DNA of 32,000 bases from NCBI RefSeq assembly GCF_000195855.1, contig NC_002677.1, positions 3,236,204-3,268,203 of the forward strand, written 5' to 3'. Numbering within the stretch: position 1 is the stretch's first letter; each line of letters begins with the position of its first letter. The notes beneath the pieces are model-generated. The model searched no databases. It was not told the origin of the DNA and was given only the letters and a program-made list of their open reading frames with translations. A program made the position numbers and the translations under genes. Origin of the DNA: Mycobacterium leprae TN (GTDB lineage Bacteria > Actinomycetota > Actinomycetes > Mycobacteriales > Mycobacteriaceae). Positions 9,970 through 20,499 of this stretch are shown in pieces.

Positions 9970-10685
9970 ATGTCAGTCAGTATCCTTGAAAAACAAGGAT
10001 ACTCGCAACAATTTGTATGGAACCACGGTGCTCTGCAGTGTCGATATCGAGTATCCGACTAACAGCACCGTGGTCACGGTAGGACCAGCTGTGTAAAGCA
10101 AGTCCACGCTGAACCTGTTGTACGAGAACGATAACAGCAACATTCTGCTCGACGGCCGATCGGTGCTGAACTACGATCCCAACTAGCTAGGTCAGCGCAT
10201 TGGCATGCTTTTACAGCATTCAATCTTCTCCTGCGACGCACGGTGCTCGACAGCGTTACCTTAGCGCAGCACAAATTGCTACGGCTATCCGTGGCCGCGA
10301 TACAGAAGCTGGGTACTGACGCAACTGTACCGAGTTAGTTTGAAAAACAAGGCCGATTCCCGACCCGGCACACTGTCGAGAATTCAACAATAACGAGTTG
10401 CGATCGCTCGTGCTCTCGCGATGACCCCGCAGGTGATGTTCTTATACGAAGCGACCTCGGCGCTGGATCCCTAAACAGTCAAGGGAATTATGAAACCTAT
10501 CAGTCACCTCAGTAATGACGGTGTGATGTATTGTAGTGACCCAAGAAATAGGCTTCGCTCGGTCAGCATCAGACACTGTTGTTTTCATATATCACGACAA
10601 AGTCGTGGAATCCAGGAAACCAGAGCAGATATTCGAGACCGCGCAGACTAAGCGCCTACAACGGTCTCTATCCCAAGTACTTTGA
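9970..10685 (+). pseudogene. Decayed ABC transporter ATP-binding subunit of the polar amino-acid type
   Basis: In one frame from 10322: [59 protein letters not shown]. From 10533: [50 protein letters not shown] (stop 10683-10685). Upstream: RQRIGM-like segment. Clear ATPase signature, Walker B and C-terminal pattern with stops and frameshifts. Confidence 0.87.
9979..10003. repeat. Perfect inverted repeat, 10-bp arms, AAAAA loop
   Basis: AGTATCCTTG-aaaaa-CAAGGATACT. Confidence 0.95.
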
Positions 10686-10806
10686 CGTCCTGGATTTTAC
10701 GAACGACGACCCGCTGCACCCGGCTCCGCCGCACTTGCGACCGCCACTGCAACTCGCGCACACGAGGTCCCTCAACGCCCGACACATCGCGTTAAACTGC
10801 CGACTT

Positions 10807-11310
10807 ATGGCGGACAGCGAATTCACCGCGCACGAGGTGACGGAGCTGGCGGATGGGTTGCACCGTGCGCTGTCCAAACTGTTTTCGATCCTGCGCCGCA
10901 GAACCCCCAACGGGGCGGTGTCGGGTGAATTGACACTGGCGCAGCTATCCATTTTGGTAACGTTACTCGATCAAGGTCCCATCCGGATGACGGATCTGGC
11001 TGCCCATGAACGGGTGCGTACCCCCACCACCACCGTGGCGATCCGCCGTCTGGAAAAGATCGGGCTGGTGAAGCGTTCGCGTGATCTGTCTGACCTGCGT
11101 GCTGTGCTTGTCGACATCACCCCGCGTGGGCGCACGGTACATGGCGAATCGCTGGCCAACCGGCGTGCCGCCTTGACAACGATGCTCAGTCAGCTCCCCA
11201 CCTCCGATCTGAACATTCTGAAGAATGCGCTAGCACCGCTGCAGCGCCTGGCCTCCGGTGAACCGGTATCCAGCCCTGCCGGCGACTCGCCCGCATGCAA
11301 GCAGGCATGA
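10807..11310 (+). CDS. MarR-family transcriptional regulator (Rv0042c-like)
   Basis: From internal ATG 10807: MADSEFTAHEVTELADGLHRALSKLFSILRRRTPNGAVSGELTLAQLSILVTLLDQGPIRMTDLAAHERVRTPTTTVAIRRLEKIGLVKRSRDLSDLRAVLVDITPRGR.... Winged HTH with DxRAV/L wing. The upstream part of the 10579 ORF overlaps the ATPase relic and is probably not coding. Confidence 0.88.
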   Translation: MADSEFTAHEVTELADGLHRALSKLFSILRRRTPNGAVSGELTLAQLSILVTLLDQGPIRMTDLAAHERVRTPTTTVAIRRLEKIGLVKRSRDLSDLRAVLVDITPRGRTVHGESLANRRAALTTMLSQLPTSDLNILKNALAPLQRLASGEPVSSPAGDSPACKQA

Positions 11311-12064
11311 AAGTAGCTAATTCTCATTGAAATTGACCATATACGTACCCTTGGAGGCATGCCCTGCTGTCGATGTGTTAGCCCGCCACGAGCACACGTC
11401 ATAAGATCACGCCTTGGACGGCTCTAAACCCCATCTCGCGGTTGATCCCGGAGCATGGAGTGCAGGTTACTTCCTTGGGCTAGAAGGTTGCCGTATGTGC
11501 CGCCGACGGCCGGATCATCGATGCACTGTTCACTAACACGATACTGCTGCACCCGGCGGCATGCCTGCTTGCTGGCTGAGGGCCGGTCAACAAGCCGCCG
11601 ACACCGATACCAGCGGCAGAAATGGTGCAAGGGATAACATCAGGTGCGAATAGTTATACCGTGCACGGGGACGTGCCTGTTCAGGTGCGGCCACATTGAC
11701 CACGCCGACACCTCAAGGCCATGACATGCACACTAAAACGCCCCTACCCCGCGGCGCTAACAACTATCCTCACACTCACGCCTGCATCGATATCGCCTTC
11801 AGCACAGCCCAGGTGCCCAGCCCCTGGCATCATCAACATGTAGACCAAGCAGCATCCACCACCGACATGCTTACGTGCGCCGCGCTAATCGTGTCCACTG
11901 CGGCAAAGCACACGAAGCCTCATCGAAAGCAGGCAGTCAGCCACCCACCAACAAAAACCCCGCAACACAGCAAAACACGTCAACAACCTGCAGTTCAAGG
12001 GAAGCACTGTGCCGTCACCACGGTCCGCACAATACCCCACAGCTATTCCAATACCCCGAAGGGG

Positions 12065-13525
12065 TTACAGGAGCCCCTGCGATTGCCGGGTTTTCCACCA
12101 GGCCAGCAGTTCCGCAGTGGCCTCCTCGTTGGTCAGTGGTCCGCGGTCTAGCCGTAGTTCCTTCAGAAAACGCCACGCTTCGCCGACTTGCGGCCCTGCC
12201 GGGATGTCCAACAGAGCCATGATCTGGTTACCGTCCAGATCGGGACGCACCCGGGCCAGATCCTCCTCTGCGGCCAACTCTGCTATCCGGGCTTCCAGTC
12301 GATCATAGCTGTCCTGCAGTCGGGCGGCCCGGCGCTGGTTGCGGGTCGTGCAGTCAGCGCGCACCAGTTTGTGCAGCCGCGACAACAGTGGGCCGGCATC
12401 GGTGACGTAGCGGCGCACCGCCGAATCAGTCCATTTCCCTTCACCATAGCCATGGAACCGTAGATGCAGATACACCAGTTGCGAAACATCGTCAACTAGT
12501 TGTTTGGCGTACTTCAACGCGCGCATTCGTTTTCGGACCATCTTGGCGCCCACCACCTCGTGGTGGTGAAAACTCACGCCGCCGTTCAGCTCATGGCGCC
12601 GCGTGGCGGGCTTGCCTATGTCATGCAGCAACGCCGCCCACCGCAACACCAAGTCCGGGCCGTTATCTTCTAGCGCGATCGCCTGGCGCAACACGGTCAG
12701 CGAATGTTGGTAAACGTCCTTATGTTGATGATGTTCATCGATGGCCATCCGCATGTCCCCGATTTCGGGCAACACCACCTCCCCCATCCCGGTCTGCACC
12801 AGCAGGTCGATACCGGCCGCCGGGTCGTTACCAAGCAGCAGCTTGTCCAGCTCGGTGGACACTCGCTCTGCACTGATGCGGGCCAACTGCGAGGCCATCT
12901 CTTCGATCGCCGCGTGCACCTGCGGGGCGACGGTAAAGCCGAGTTGGGAGACGAATCGTGCGGCGCGCAGCATCCGCAATGGGTCGTCGCCGAACGACAC
13001 CGATGGGGCAGCAGGGGTCTCCAGCACTCGGACCCGCAACGCTGCCAAACCGCCTAGCGGATCAAAAAATTCGCCAGGCCCATAAGATGCAATGCGCACC
13101 GCCATCGCGTTCACGGTGAAGTCGCGGCGCACCAAATCGTCGTCGAGGCGGTCACTGAACCGAACCTCTGGATTGCGCGACACCTGGTCGTAACGGTCAG
13201 CGCGAAACGTGGTGATCTCCAGACGGTAGTCACCCTTGCCGACCCCAATGGTGCCGAACTCAATACCCGTCTCCCACAAGTTGTCGGCCCACCGCCGCAT
13301 AATTTGTTGCACTTGCTCAGGACCGGCATCAGTGGCGAAATCAAGGTCAGGTGAATCTAATCTACCTAGTAGCGCATCCCGGACCGAACCACCCACCAGA
13401 TATAACTCGTGGCCTGAAGCAGCGAATACCGAGCCGAGGTCACGCAACACTGGGGTGTGCCGGTTAAGGGTGACCGCAGCTACAGTCAGTAGATCAGTAT
13501 CCTGAGCGGCTTCAGGCACGTTCAA
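12065..13525 (-). CDS. pcnA: CCA tRNA nucleotidyltransferase / poly(A) polymerase family
   Basis: 486 aa: YLVGGSVRDALLGRLDSPDLDFATDAGPEQVQ, RRDFTVNAMAV, DDPLRMLRAARFVSQLGF, and HD-type ALLHDIGKPATRR. Confidence 0.95.
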   Translation of the reverse strand: MNVPEAAQDTDLLTVAAVTLNRHTPVLRDLGSVFAASGHELYLVGGSVRDALLGRLDSPDLDFATDAGPEQVQQIMRRWADNLWETGIEFGTIGVGKGDYRLEITTFRADRYDQVSRNPEVRFSDRLDDDLVRRDFTVNAMAVRIASYGPGEFFDPLGGLAALRVRVLETPAAPSVSFGDDPLRMLRAARFVSQLGFTVAPQVHAAIEEMASQLARISAERVSTELDKLLLGNDPAAGIDLLVQTGMGEVVLPEIGDMRMAIDEHHQHKDVYQHSLTVLRQAIALEDNGPDLVLRWAALLHDIGKPATRRHELNGGVSFHHHEVVGAKMVRKRMRALKYAKQLVDDVSQLVYLHLRFHGYGEGKWTDSAVRRYVTDAGPLLSRLHKLVRADCTTRNQRRAARLQDSYDRLEARIAELAAEEDLARVRPDLDGNQIMALLDIPAGPQVGEAWRFLKELRLDRGPLTNEEATAELLAWWKTRQSQGLL

Positions 13526-13732
13526 CAGCCTAGTCGGGCGGGTAATACGGGTCGGAATGACCCGTTGCGGAACCCGGCAATTTCAAGCCTGCATCAACAG
13601 GCGAGCACGAGGTGCAACGGTGATCCAATCGATCCACTAAGTGACCCAGCCATGAACCTACTGTAACGCTGCGTACCTGACTAGCGGCGCGCATGTCCTG
13701 AAGACCGGCTCGTGCCAGCTATTATCGCTTGG

Positions 13733-14467
13733 GTGTCGGATGGCGAACAAGCCAAACCACGTCGGCGCCGAAAGCGACGGCGCGGTCGTGACGCCACGCG
13801 TTCAGCTGAGAACCACACAGACCGACAAGTGGCCAACGACGCAACCGCGACAAAACCGCGCCGCAGCCATTCACCACATCGCGCACCCGAACAGCTGCGC
13901 ACGGTGCACGAAACGTCCGCAGGAGGTCTAGTCATCTACGGTATCGACGGCCCACGTGACGCCCAGGTTGCCGCTCTGATTGGTCGTATCGATCGACGAG
14001 GACGAATGCTTTGGTCGCTGCCCAAAGGGCATATCGAGCAAGGGGAGACCGCGGAGCAGACCGCTATCCGTGAGGTCGCCGAAGAGACAGGAATCCGCGG
14101 TAGCGTGCTCGCCGCGCTGGGGCAAATCGACTACTGGTTCGTCACCGACGACTGTCGGGTGCATAAGACAGTACACCACTATTTGATGCGCTTTTCTGGT
14201 GGTGAATTGTCCGACGACGACCTCGAGGTGACCGAAGTTGCTTGGGTGCCGATACGAGAACTGCCGTCCCGCCTGGCCTACGCTGACGAACGCCGCCTGG
14301 CCGAGGTTGCCTACGAACTGATCAACAAGCTGCAAACCGGTGGTCCAGCCGCGCTTCCACCGCTGCCACCCAGCTTGCCTCGGCGACAGTCGCAAACGCA
14401 TTTCCGCACGCGTCATTCCAACAATTCCGCAAACAGTCGGAAGAATGGTCACGGACAGGGGCCGTGA
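13733..14467 (+). CDS. mutT4: NUDIX hydrolase, MutT4-like
   Basis: NUDIX box [25 protein letters not shown]; basic N-terminus. Likely GTG start at 13733 (the track ORF starts at 13712). Confidence 0.88.
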   Translation: MSDGEQAKPRRRRKRRRGRDATRSAENHTDRQVANDATATKPRRSHSPHRAPEQLRTVHETSAGGLVIYGIDGPRDAQVAALIGRIDRRGRMLWSLPKGHIEQGETAEQTAIREVAEETGIRGSVLAALGQIDYWFVTDDCRVHKTVHHYLMRFSGGELSDDDLEVTEVAWVPIRELPSRLAYADERRLAEVAYELINKLQTGGPAALPPLPPSLPRRQSQTHFRTRHSNNSANSRKNGHGQGP

Positions 14468-16857
14468 CTGCATCGAGACTCCGGTTGGCCGGCTCGCTGA
14501 GCATTGCCTTAGTGGTCGACATCGTGGCTAGTTTTGCGGTGCTGCTCGTCGCACCTACCGCCACGCCGCACGCAGCAGCAGACGAGCCTCGTGCAACGTC
14601 GTTTGTCCGTGTCCGCATCGACAAGGTGACTCCGGACGTCGTCACCACCTCGAGCGAACCTGTCGTAACCGTTAGCGGCGTAGTCACCAATATCGGCGAT
14701 CGCCCAGTTCGCGACTTGATGGTCCGGCTGGAACACGAATCGGCCGTTATCTCGTCTGCAGTGTTGCGTACCTACCTGGATGACGGCGCCGACCAGTTCC
14801 AGACTGCCGCGGACTTCGTGACAGTGGCCGAGGAATTGCAGCGTGGACAAGAGGCTGGCTTTACCCTCGTTGCCCCCATCCGCTCGACGACCAAACCGTC
14901 GATGGCCATCGACCAACCCGGGATCTACCCGGTCCTGGTCAACGTTAACGGAACACCCGACTACGGCACACCGGCCCGACTCGACAACGCGCGGTTTCTG
15001 TTGCCCGTCGCCGGCGTGCCCCCCGCCAAATCCGATGCGATGGACTCGGCCGTCGCACCGGACATTACGAAACCCGTGTGGATCACCATGCTGTGGCCAT
15101 TGGCCGACCGGCCTCGGTTGTCGCCTGGCGCACCCGGTGGAACCATTCCAGTTCGGCTAGTCGACGACGACTTGGCGAGCTCACTGGCCCCCGGAGGCCG
15201 GCTGGATATTCTTTTGACCGCGGCCGAGACCGCCACCGGCCGCGACGTCGACCCCGACGGTGCGGTCAGCCGGGCACTGTGCCTGGCTGTCGACCCAGAT
15301 CTGCTCGTCACCGTCAACGCGATGACCGGAGGCTATATCGTGTCCAACTCGCCCGACGGTCCAGCACAACAACCGGGTACTCCGACACACCCGGGAACCG
15401 GTCAGGACGCCGCTGTCATCTGGCTGAACCGGCTCCGTGCGCTCGCGCACCGGATGTGCGTGGCGTCGCTACCCTACGCGCAAGCCGACCTTGATGCCTT
15501 GCAGCGCATTAACGATACAGAGCTCAGCACGACCGCCACCACCAGCGTAGGGGACATCGTCGACCACATTTTGGATGTCACCTCCATCCGGGGCGTCACC
15601 ATGCTGCCCGACAGCCCATTGACCAACCGCGTGGTCGACCTGCTGAACGACAACAACAGCACGGTCGCTATCGCGGCTGCTGCTTTTTCAGCCCAAGACT
15701 CTACCAGCGGGTCCCTCGTCGATATCGACACCGAGCCTCGGCGGTTGTCCCCACGAGTGGTGGTCGCACCATTCGACCCGGCTGTCGGTGCCGCGCTAGC
15801 CGCTGCGGGGACCGACCCCATCGTTCCGACCTATCTGGATTCCTCGCTAAACATCCGGATCGTCCACGATTCTGACACCGCGCGCCGTCAAGATGCCCTG
15901 AGCTCCATACTGTGGCGCGCCTTAGAGCGAGACGCCGCACCACGCAGCCAGATACTGGTGCCACCAACGTCGTGGCACCTGCAGGCCGACGACGCCCGAG
16001 TCATGCTGACCACGCTGAGCACCGTGATCCGGTCCGGTCTGGCGGTGGCGCGACCGCTGCCAACGGTAATCGCCGACGCCTTGGCTCGCACCAAACTATC
16101 CGATACGGTGGGCTCCTACACGTCGGCACGTGGCCGGTTCAACGACGACATCATCGCCGACATCGCCAGCCAAGTTGGCCGACTGTGGGGACTGACCTCG
16201 GCGTTAACCGCCGACGGCCGCACGGGGCTGACCGGCGTCCAATACACCGCACCACTCCGCGAGGACATGCTGCGGGCTTTGAGCCAACTGGAGCCGCCCG
16301 CTACTCGCAACGGATTGGCTCAGCAACGGCTGGCTGTCGTCAGCAAAACGATCAAAGACCTTATTGGGGCGGTAACAATCGTCAACCCGGGCGGCTCCTA
16401 CACCCTGGCCACCGAACACAGTCCGCTCCCACTGGCACTACATAACGGCCTTGCTGTTCCCATCCGAGTCCGGCTACAGGTCGATGCGCCACCCGGGATG
16501 ACTGTTACTGACGTCAGTCAGATCGAGCTGCCGCCCGGATACCTGCCGTTGCGGGTACCGATCGAAGTCAACTTCACTCAACGAGTCGCTGTCGACGTCG
16601 CGCTACAAACCCCGGAAGGCATACAGCTAGGCGAGCCAGTGCGTTTGTTGGTACACTCCAACGCCTACGGCAAGGTGCTGTTCGAGATCACTCTGACCGC
16701 GGCCACGATATTGATCGTATTGGCTGGAAGACGACTTTGGCACCGCTTCCGAATCCAGACCGAGGGCGCCGACTCGAATCGACCCGACCCGCTCATTGTA
16801 GACGCCCACCCGCAGCACCAGTACGACGACTGGGTCGATGAAGAGAACCGGATATGA
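14464..16857 (+). CDS. Conserved exported/membrane protein, Rv3909-like (DUF6049 type)
   Basis: 797 aa with N-terminal signal/TM, large extracytoplasmic region and C-terminal TM ([18 protein letters not shown]). Overlaps mutT4 and murJ by 4 bp (GTGA, ATGA). Confidence 0.9.
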   Translation: MTASRLRLAGSLSIALVVDIVASFAVLLVAPTATPHAAADEPRATSFVRVRIDKVTPDVVTTSSEPVVTVSGVVTNIGDRPVRDLMVRLEHESAVISSAVLRTYLDDGADQFQTAADFVTVAEELQRGQEAGFTLVAPIRSTTKPSMAIDQPGIYPVLVNVNGTPDYGTPARLDNARFLLPVAGVPPAKSDAMDSAVAPDITKPVWITMLWPLADRPRLSPGAPGGTIPVRLVDDDLASSLAPGGRLDILLTAAETATGRDVDPDGAVSRALCLAVDPDLLVTVNAMTGGYIVSNSPDGPAQQPGTPTHPGTGQDAAVIWLNRLRALAHRMCVASLPYAQADLDALQRINDTELSTTATTSVGDIVDHILDVTSIRGVTMLPDSPLTNRVVDLLNDNNSTVAIAAAAFSAQDSTSGSLVDIDTEPRRLSPRVVVAPFDPAVGAALAAAGTDPIVPTYLDSSLNIRIVHDSDTARRQDALSSILWRALERDAAPRSQILVPPTSWHLQADDARVMLTTLSTVIRSGLAVARPLPTVIADALARTKLSDTVGSYTSARGRFNDDIIADIASQVGRLWGLTSALTADGRTGLTGVQYTAPLREDMLRALSQLEPPATRNGLAQQRLAVVSKTIKDLIGAVTIVNPGGSYTLATEHSPLPLALHNGLAVPIRVRLQVDAPPGMTVTDVSQIELPPGYLPLRVPIEVNFTQRVAVDVALQTPEGIQLGEPVRLLVHSNAYGKVLFEITLTAATILIVLAGRRLWHRFRIQTEGADSNRPDPLIVDAHPQHQYDDWVDEENRI

Positions 16858-19800
16858 AGCCCGCTCCCCGGTGGACCCAATCACAATCGGCGCAGCAAGT
16901 CACCCATGCGATGCGTCCGTGTCGGGAGCTGTCCGCACAACAACCCGAACTTTCTGACGCCGCTCTGGTTTCGCGGTCGTGGGCGATGGCATTCGCCACA
17001 CTGATCAGCCGGATCACCGGCTTCGCCCGGGTCGTTCTGCTGGCCGCTATCCTAGGCGCTGCGCTATCTAGCGCCTTCTCGGTGGCCAATCAGTTGCCGA
17101 ATCTGGTCGCCGCGCTGGTGCTAGAGGCGACATTCACCGCAATCTTCGTTCCTGTGCTGGTCCGCGCCGAACGGAGCGACCCAGACGGCGGCACGGCGTT
17201 CGTACGACAGCTAATCACCTTGACGACCACACTGCTACTGCTCTCCACAACACTGTCGGTCCTGGCCGCGCCCCTGCTGGTGCGGTTGATGCTCGGCAGG
17301 AACCCACAGGTCAATGAGCCCCTGACTACCGCTTTCGCCTACTTGCTGTTGCCGCAGGTACTCGCCTATGGCTTGTCATCGGTGTTCATGGCAATCCTGA
17401 ACACCCGCAATGTATTCGGGCCGCCGGCATGGGCTCCCGTCATCAACAACATCGTCGCGATCGCAGCCCTGGTAGGATATCTGGTGACCCCCGGCGAACT
17501 TTCGGTCGATCCTGTCCGAATGGGTAACGCCAAGCTACTGGTACTCGGGATCGGAACCACCGCAGGGGCGTTCGCACAGACAGCGGTGCTACTGGTGGCG
17601 CTTGGCCGTGAGCACATCAGCTTGCATCCGCTGTGGGGACTCGATCAGCGACTCAAACGTTTCGGCGCGATGGCTACCGCGATGGTGCTTTACGTGCTGA
17701 TCAGTCAACTCGGCCTGGTAGTCACCAACCAGATCGCCAGCACGACAGCGGCTTCCGGCCCCGCGATCTATAACTATACCTGGCTGGTCTTGATGCTGCC
17801 GTTCGGCATAATTGGGGTTACAGTGTTGACCGTCGTGATGCCGCGACTAAGCCGCAACGCCGCCGCTAACGACACTCCGGCCATGCTCGCCGACCTATCG
17901 CTAGCCACCCGACTGACGTTGATCACACTTATCCCGACGGTGGCATTCATGACTGCCGGTGGGTCAGCAATGGGGAGTGTACTGTTCGCATACGGCCATT
18001 TCGGCGAGGTCGACGCCGGATATCTGGGTACCGCAATCGTGTTGTCCGCGTTCACCTTGATCCCATACGGGCTCGTGCTATTGCAGCTGCGCGTGTTCTA
18101 CGCCCGGGAACAGCCCTGGACACCGATCGTGATCATTGTCGTCATCACGGCCGTCAGAATCATCGTCTCAGTGCTAGCACCCTACGTCATCAGTAACCCC
18201 GAGCTGGTCGCCGGTTACCTCGGGATGGCAAACGGCCTCGGATTTGCGGCCGGCGCGATCGTCGGCTACTACCTGCTGCGGCGCGCACTCCTGCCCACCG
18301 GTGGGCACTTATTCGGTGTCCAGGAAATACGGACCGTCCTTGTGACGATAGCCGCGTCGTTGTTGGCCGGTCTGGCTGCCCATATAGCCGATCGGCTACT
18401 ACGGCTAAACGAGTTGACCATGCACGGCGGTGGCGCGGGCTCGTTGCTCCGATTGACGGTGCTGACGAGCATCATGTTGCCGACCATGGCCGTGGTAATG
18501 CTTCGCGGACACGTCCCTGAAGTGCACGCGGCACTGGGCGCTGTCAGAGGCCAGATCATGAGTCGAAACTGGATAGCGAAACTGCAGAAAGCGACTGTGC
18601 CAGATCAATCATCCCGGCCCATCACAGTCACGTACCCTGGGCAAAACAATTCGTCACCACCGAGGGTAAATGCGATCCAGGAGTCAATCCGGAGCAGGCC
18701 TCCGGAAAGGATAGCCAAAGCCCAGATAGCGAAAGGACCGGAGGTGAGCGACCGCCCAGTGGAGAGCGCCTCATCACGTTCTGCGTCAGACACCGGGCTA
18801 CCCTCTGAACTGCCAAGGCCGGTTGCCGGCAACTCCCAACCCTATATTTCAGCCAACCTCGAACTTGAACATGTCGCGTCGTTACATCCTCCTGAACAGC
18901 AGAAAGTCGATTTCCCAGCCTATCCCGCTCGCAGACCGATTCGATTCGAGGTATCCCGCGAACGGGGCGGGGAGCAATCATCACCAACCGGCGATGTTCA
19001 CTTGGTACCCGGCGCCTGCATCGCCGGTGGCCGCTATCGACTGTTAGCTTTCCACGGCGGTGCGCCTTCTCTACAGTTTTGGCAGGCACTAGACACTGCG
19101 TTGGACCGGCAAGTGGCGCTGACTTTCGTTAATCCGGATGGGGCCCTGCCCGACGATAGCCTGCAAGAAACCCTGTCCCGGACTTTGCGGCTCAGCCGGA
19201 TCGACATGCCTGGTGTCGCTCAAGTGCTCGACGTAATCCACACCGGTTCTGGCGGCTTAGTGGTTTCAGAGTGGATCCGCGGTGGTTCGTTACATGAGGT
19301 CGCCGACACCTCGCCGTCGCCTGTCGGCGCCATCCGAGCGATGCAATCGTTGGCCGCCGCGGCTGACGCAGCACACCGCGCTGGTGTTGCCCTGTCGATC
19401 GACCATCCCAGCCGGGTACGCGTCAGCACCGAGGGTGACGTCGTGCTGGCTTACCCCGCGACCATGCCCGACGCCAACCACCACACCGACATCCGCGGAA
19501 TCGGAGCCACACTGTATGCCTTGTTGGTCAACCGGTGGCCACTACCGGAGGCTGGGATGCATAGCGGCCTGGCGCCGGCCCAGCAAGATACCACCGGCCA
19601 ACCCGTTGAACCCGCCGTAATCGATCAGAACATCCCCACCCAGATTTCCGCAGTCACTGTCCGCGCAGTTCAAGAAGATGGCGGGATACTCAGAGCATCA
19701 ACACTTTTGAACCTACTGCAGCAGGCAACAGCAGTGGCCGACCGCACCGAGGTGCTCAGTCCGATCGACGACAGATCCCCGACACCAACAGCTTTCTGCC

Positions 19801-20474
19801 CCACAACCGCACGGGATCCTGTGGTCTTCGCCCAGCGACGCCGCAACCTGCTGATCGGTATCGGCGCGGCAGTCGTCATCTTGGTGGTGGCCTTGTTGGT
19901 GATGGCATCAGTGATCAACAAAGTCTTCGGCCACCTCGGCAGTGGACTCAACAACGACAAACTCGGGTTGAACACGCCTACATCATCGACGTCGTCGTCA
20001 CCTACCAGTTCGGTGCCTGAGGGCAGCATTGTCAAGCCCACGAAGGCGACGGTCTTTTCCCCCGATGGCGAAGCAGACAATCCTGATGACGCCGGGCTGG
20101 CGATCGACGGCAACCCGGCTACCTCGTGGCAAACCGACATCTACAACGATGCGGTCCCATTCCCCGGTTTCAAAAACGGAGTCGGATTGATGTTACACTT
20201 GCCCAAGCCTACGGTGGTCAGCGCGGTCACCATCGACGTTGCCAGCATCGGCACCAAGGTAGAAATTCGCTCAGCTTCCACACCCACACCGGCAAAGTTG
20301 GCAGACACTACTGTGCTAATTCCGGCCACTGCGCTCAAACCCGGCCATAATGTCATCGAGGTCAACTCCGGCTCACCAATGTCGAATCTGCTAGTATGGA
20401 TTTCGACGTTGGGAAGCACTGGCGGCAAAAGTCTTGCTGTGATCTCAGAAATCACAATTCATACTCCGTCCTAA
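16854..20474 (+). CDS. murJ: MurJ/MviN lipid II flippase with C-terminal pseudokinase-like and extracytoplasmic domains
   Basis: 1206 aa: multi-TM MviN region (MAFATLISRITGFARVVLLAAILG...), kinase-like region (YRLLAFHGGAPSLQFWQALDTALDRQVALTFV...), TM, Ser/Thr-rich linker, and discoidin-like C-terminus (GNPATSWQTDIYNDAVPFPGFKNGVGLMLHL). Confidence 0.94.
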   Translation: MKPAPRWTQSQSAQQVTHAMRPCRELSAQQPELSDAALVSRSWAMAFATLISRITGFARVVLLAAILGAALSSAFSVANQLPNLVAALVLEATFTAIFVPVLVRAERSDPDGGTAFVRQLITLTTTLLLLSTTLSVLAAPLLVRLMLGRNPQVNEPLTTAFAYLLLPQVLAYGLSSVFMAILNTRNVFGPPAWAPVINNIVAIAALVGYLVTPGELSVDPVRMGNAKLLVLGIGTTAGAFAQTAVLLVALGREHISLHPLWGLDQRLKRFGAMATAMVLYVLISQLGLVVTNQIASTTAASGPAIYNYTWLVLMLPFGIIGVTVLTVVMPRLSRNAAANDTPAMLADLSLATRLTLITLIPTVAFMTAGGSAMGSVLFAYGHFGEVDAGYLGTAIVLSAFTLIPYGLVLLQLRVFYAREQPWTPIVIIVVITAVRIIVSVLAPYVISNPELVAGYLGMANGLGFAAGAIVGYYLLRRALLPTGGHLFGVQEIRTVLVTIAASLLAGLAAHIADRLLRLNELTMHGGGAGSLLRLTVLTSIMLPTMAVVMLRGHVPEVHAALGAVRGQIMSRNWIAKLQKATVPDQSSRPITVTYPGQNNSSPPRVNAIQESIRSRPPERIAKAQIAKGPEVSDRPVESASSRSASDTGLPSELPRPVAGNSQPYISANLELEHVASLHPPEQQKVDFPAYPARRPIRFEVSRERGGEQSSPTGDVHLVPGACIAGGRYRLLAFHGGAPSLQFWQALDTALDRQVALTFVNPDGALPDDSLQETLSRTLRLSRIDMPGVAQVLDVIHTGSGGLVVSEWIRGGSLHEVADTSPSPVGAIRAMQSLAAAADAAHRAGVALSIDHPSRVRVSTEGDVVLAYPATMPDANHHTDIRGIGATLYALLVNRWPLPEAGMHSGLAPAQQDTTGQPVEPAVIDQNIPTQISAVTVRAVQEDGGILRASTLLNLLQQATAVADRTEVLSPIDDRSPTPTAFCPTTARDPVVFAQRRRNLLIGIGAAVVILVVALLVMASVINKVFGHLGSGLNNDKLGLNTPTSSTSSSPTSSVPEGSIVKPTKATVFSPDGEADNPDDAGLAIDGNPATSWQTDIYNDAVPFPGFKNGVGLMLHLPKPTVVSAVTIDVASIGTKVEIRSASTPTPAKLADTTVLIPATALKPGHNVIEVNSGSPMSNLLVWISTLGSTGGKSLAVISEITIHTPS

Positions 20475-20499
20475 CAAGACCTTTTGGTACCTACCTAGC

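Noticed and set aside
10579-10806. N-terminal extension of the MarR ORF
   Set aside because: The DNA to 10685 encodes the ATPase C-terminus relic in another frame, and the MarR protein starts sensibly at the ATG at 10807.
11696-12308. Overlapping plus-strand ORFs (151 aa, 115 aa, 99 aa) around the junction and the pcnA 3' end
   Set aside because: Low-complexity composition, mutually overlapping in different frames and running antisense into pcnA. No family recognised, so not reported as a novel gene.
17090-18832. Run of minus-strand ORFs inside murJ
   Set aside because: Same high-GC antisense effect, Ser/Thr/Pro/Arg-rich composition, no homology or RBS pattern.
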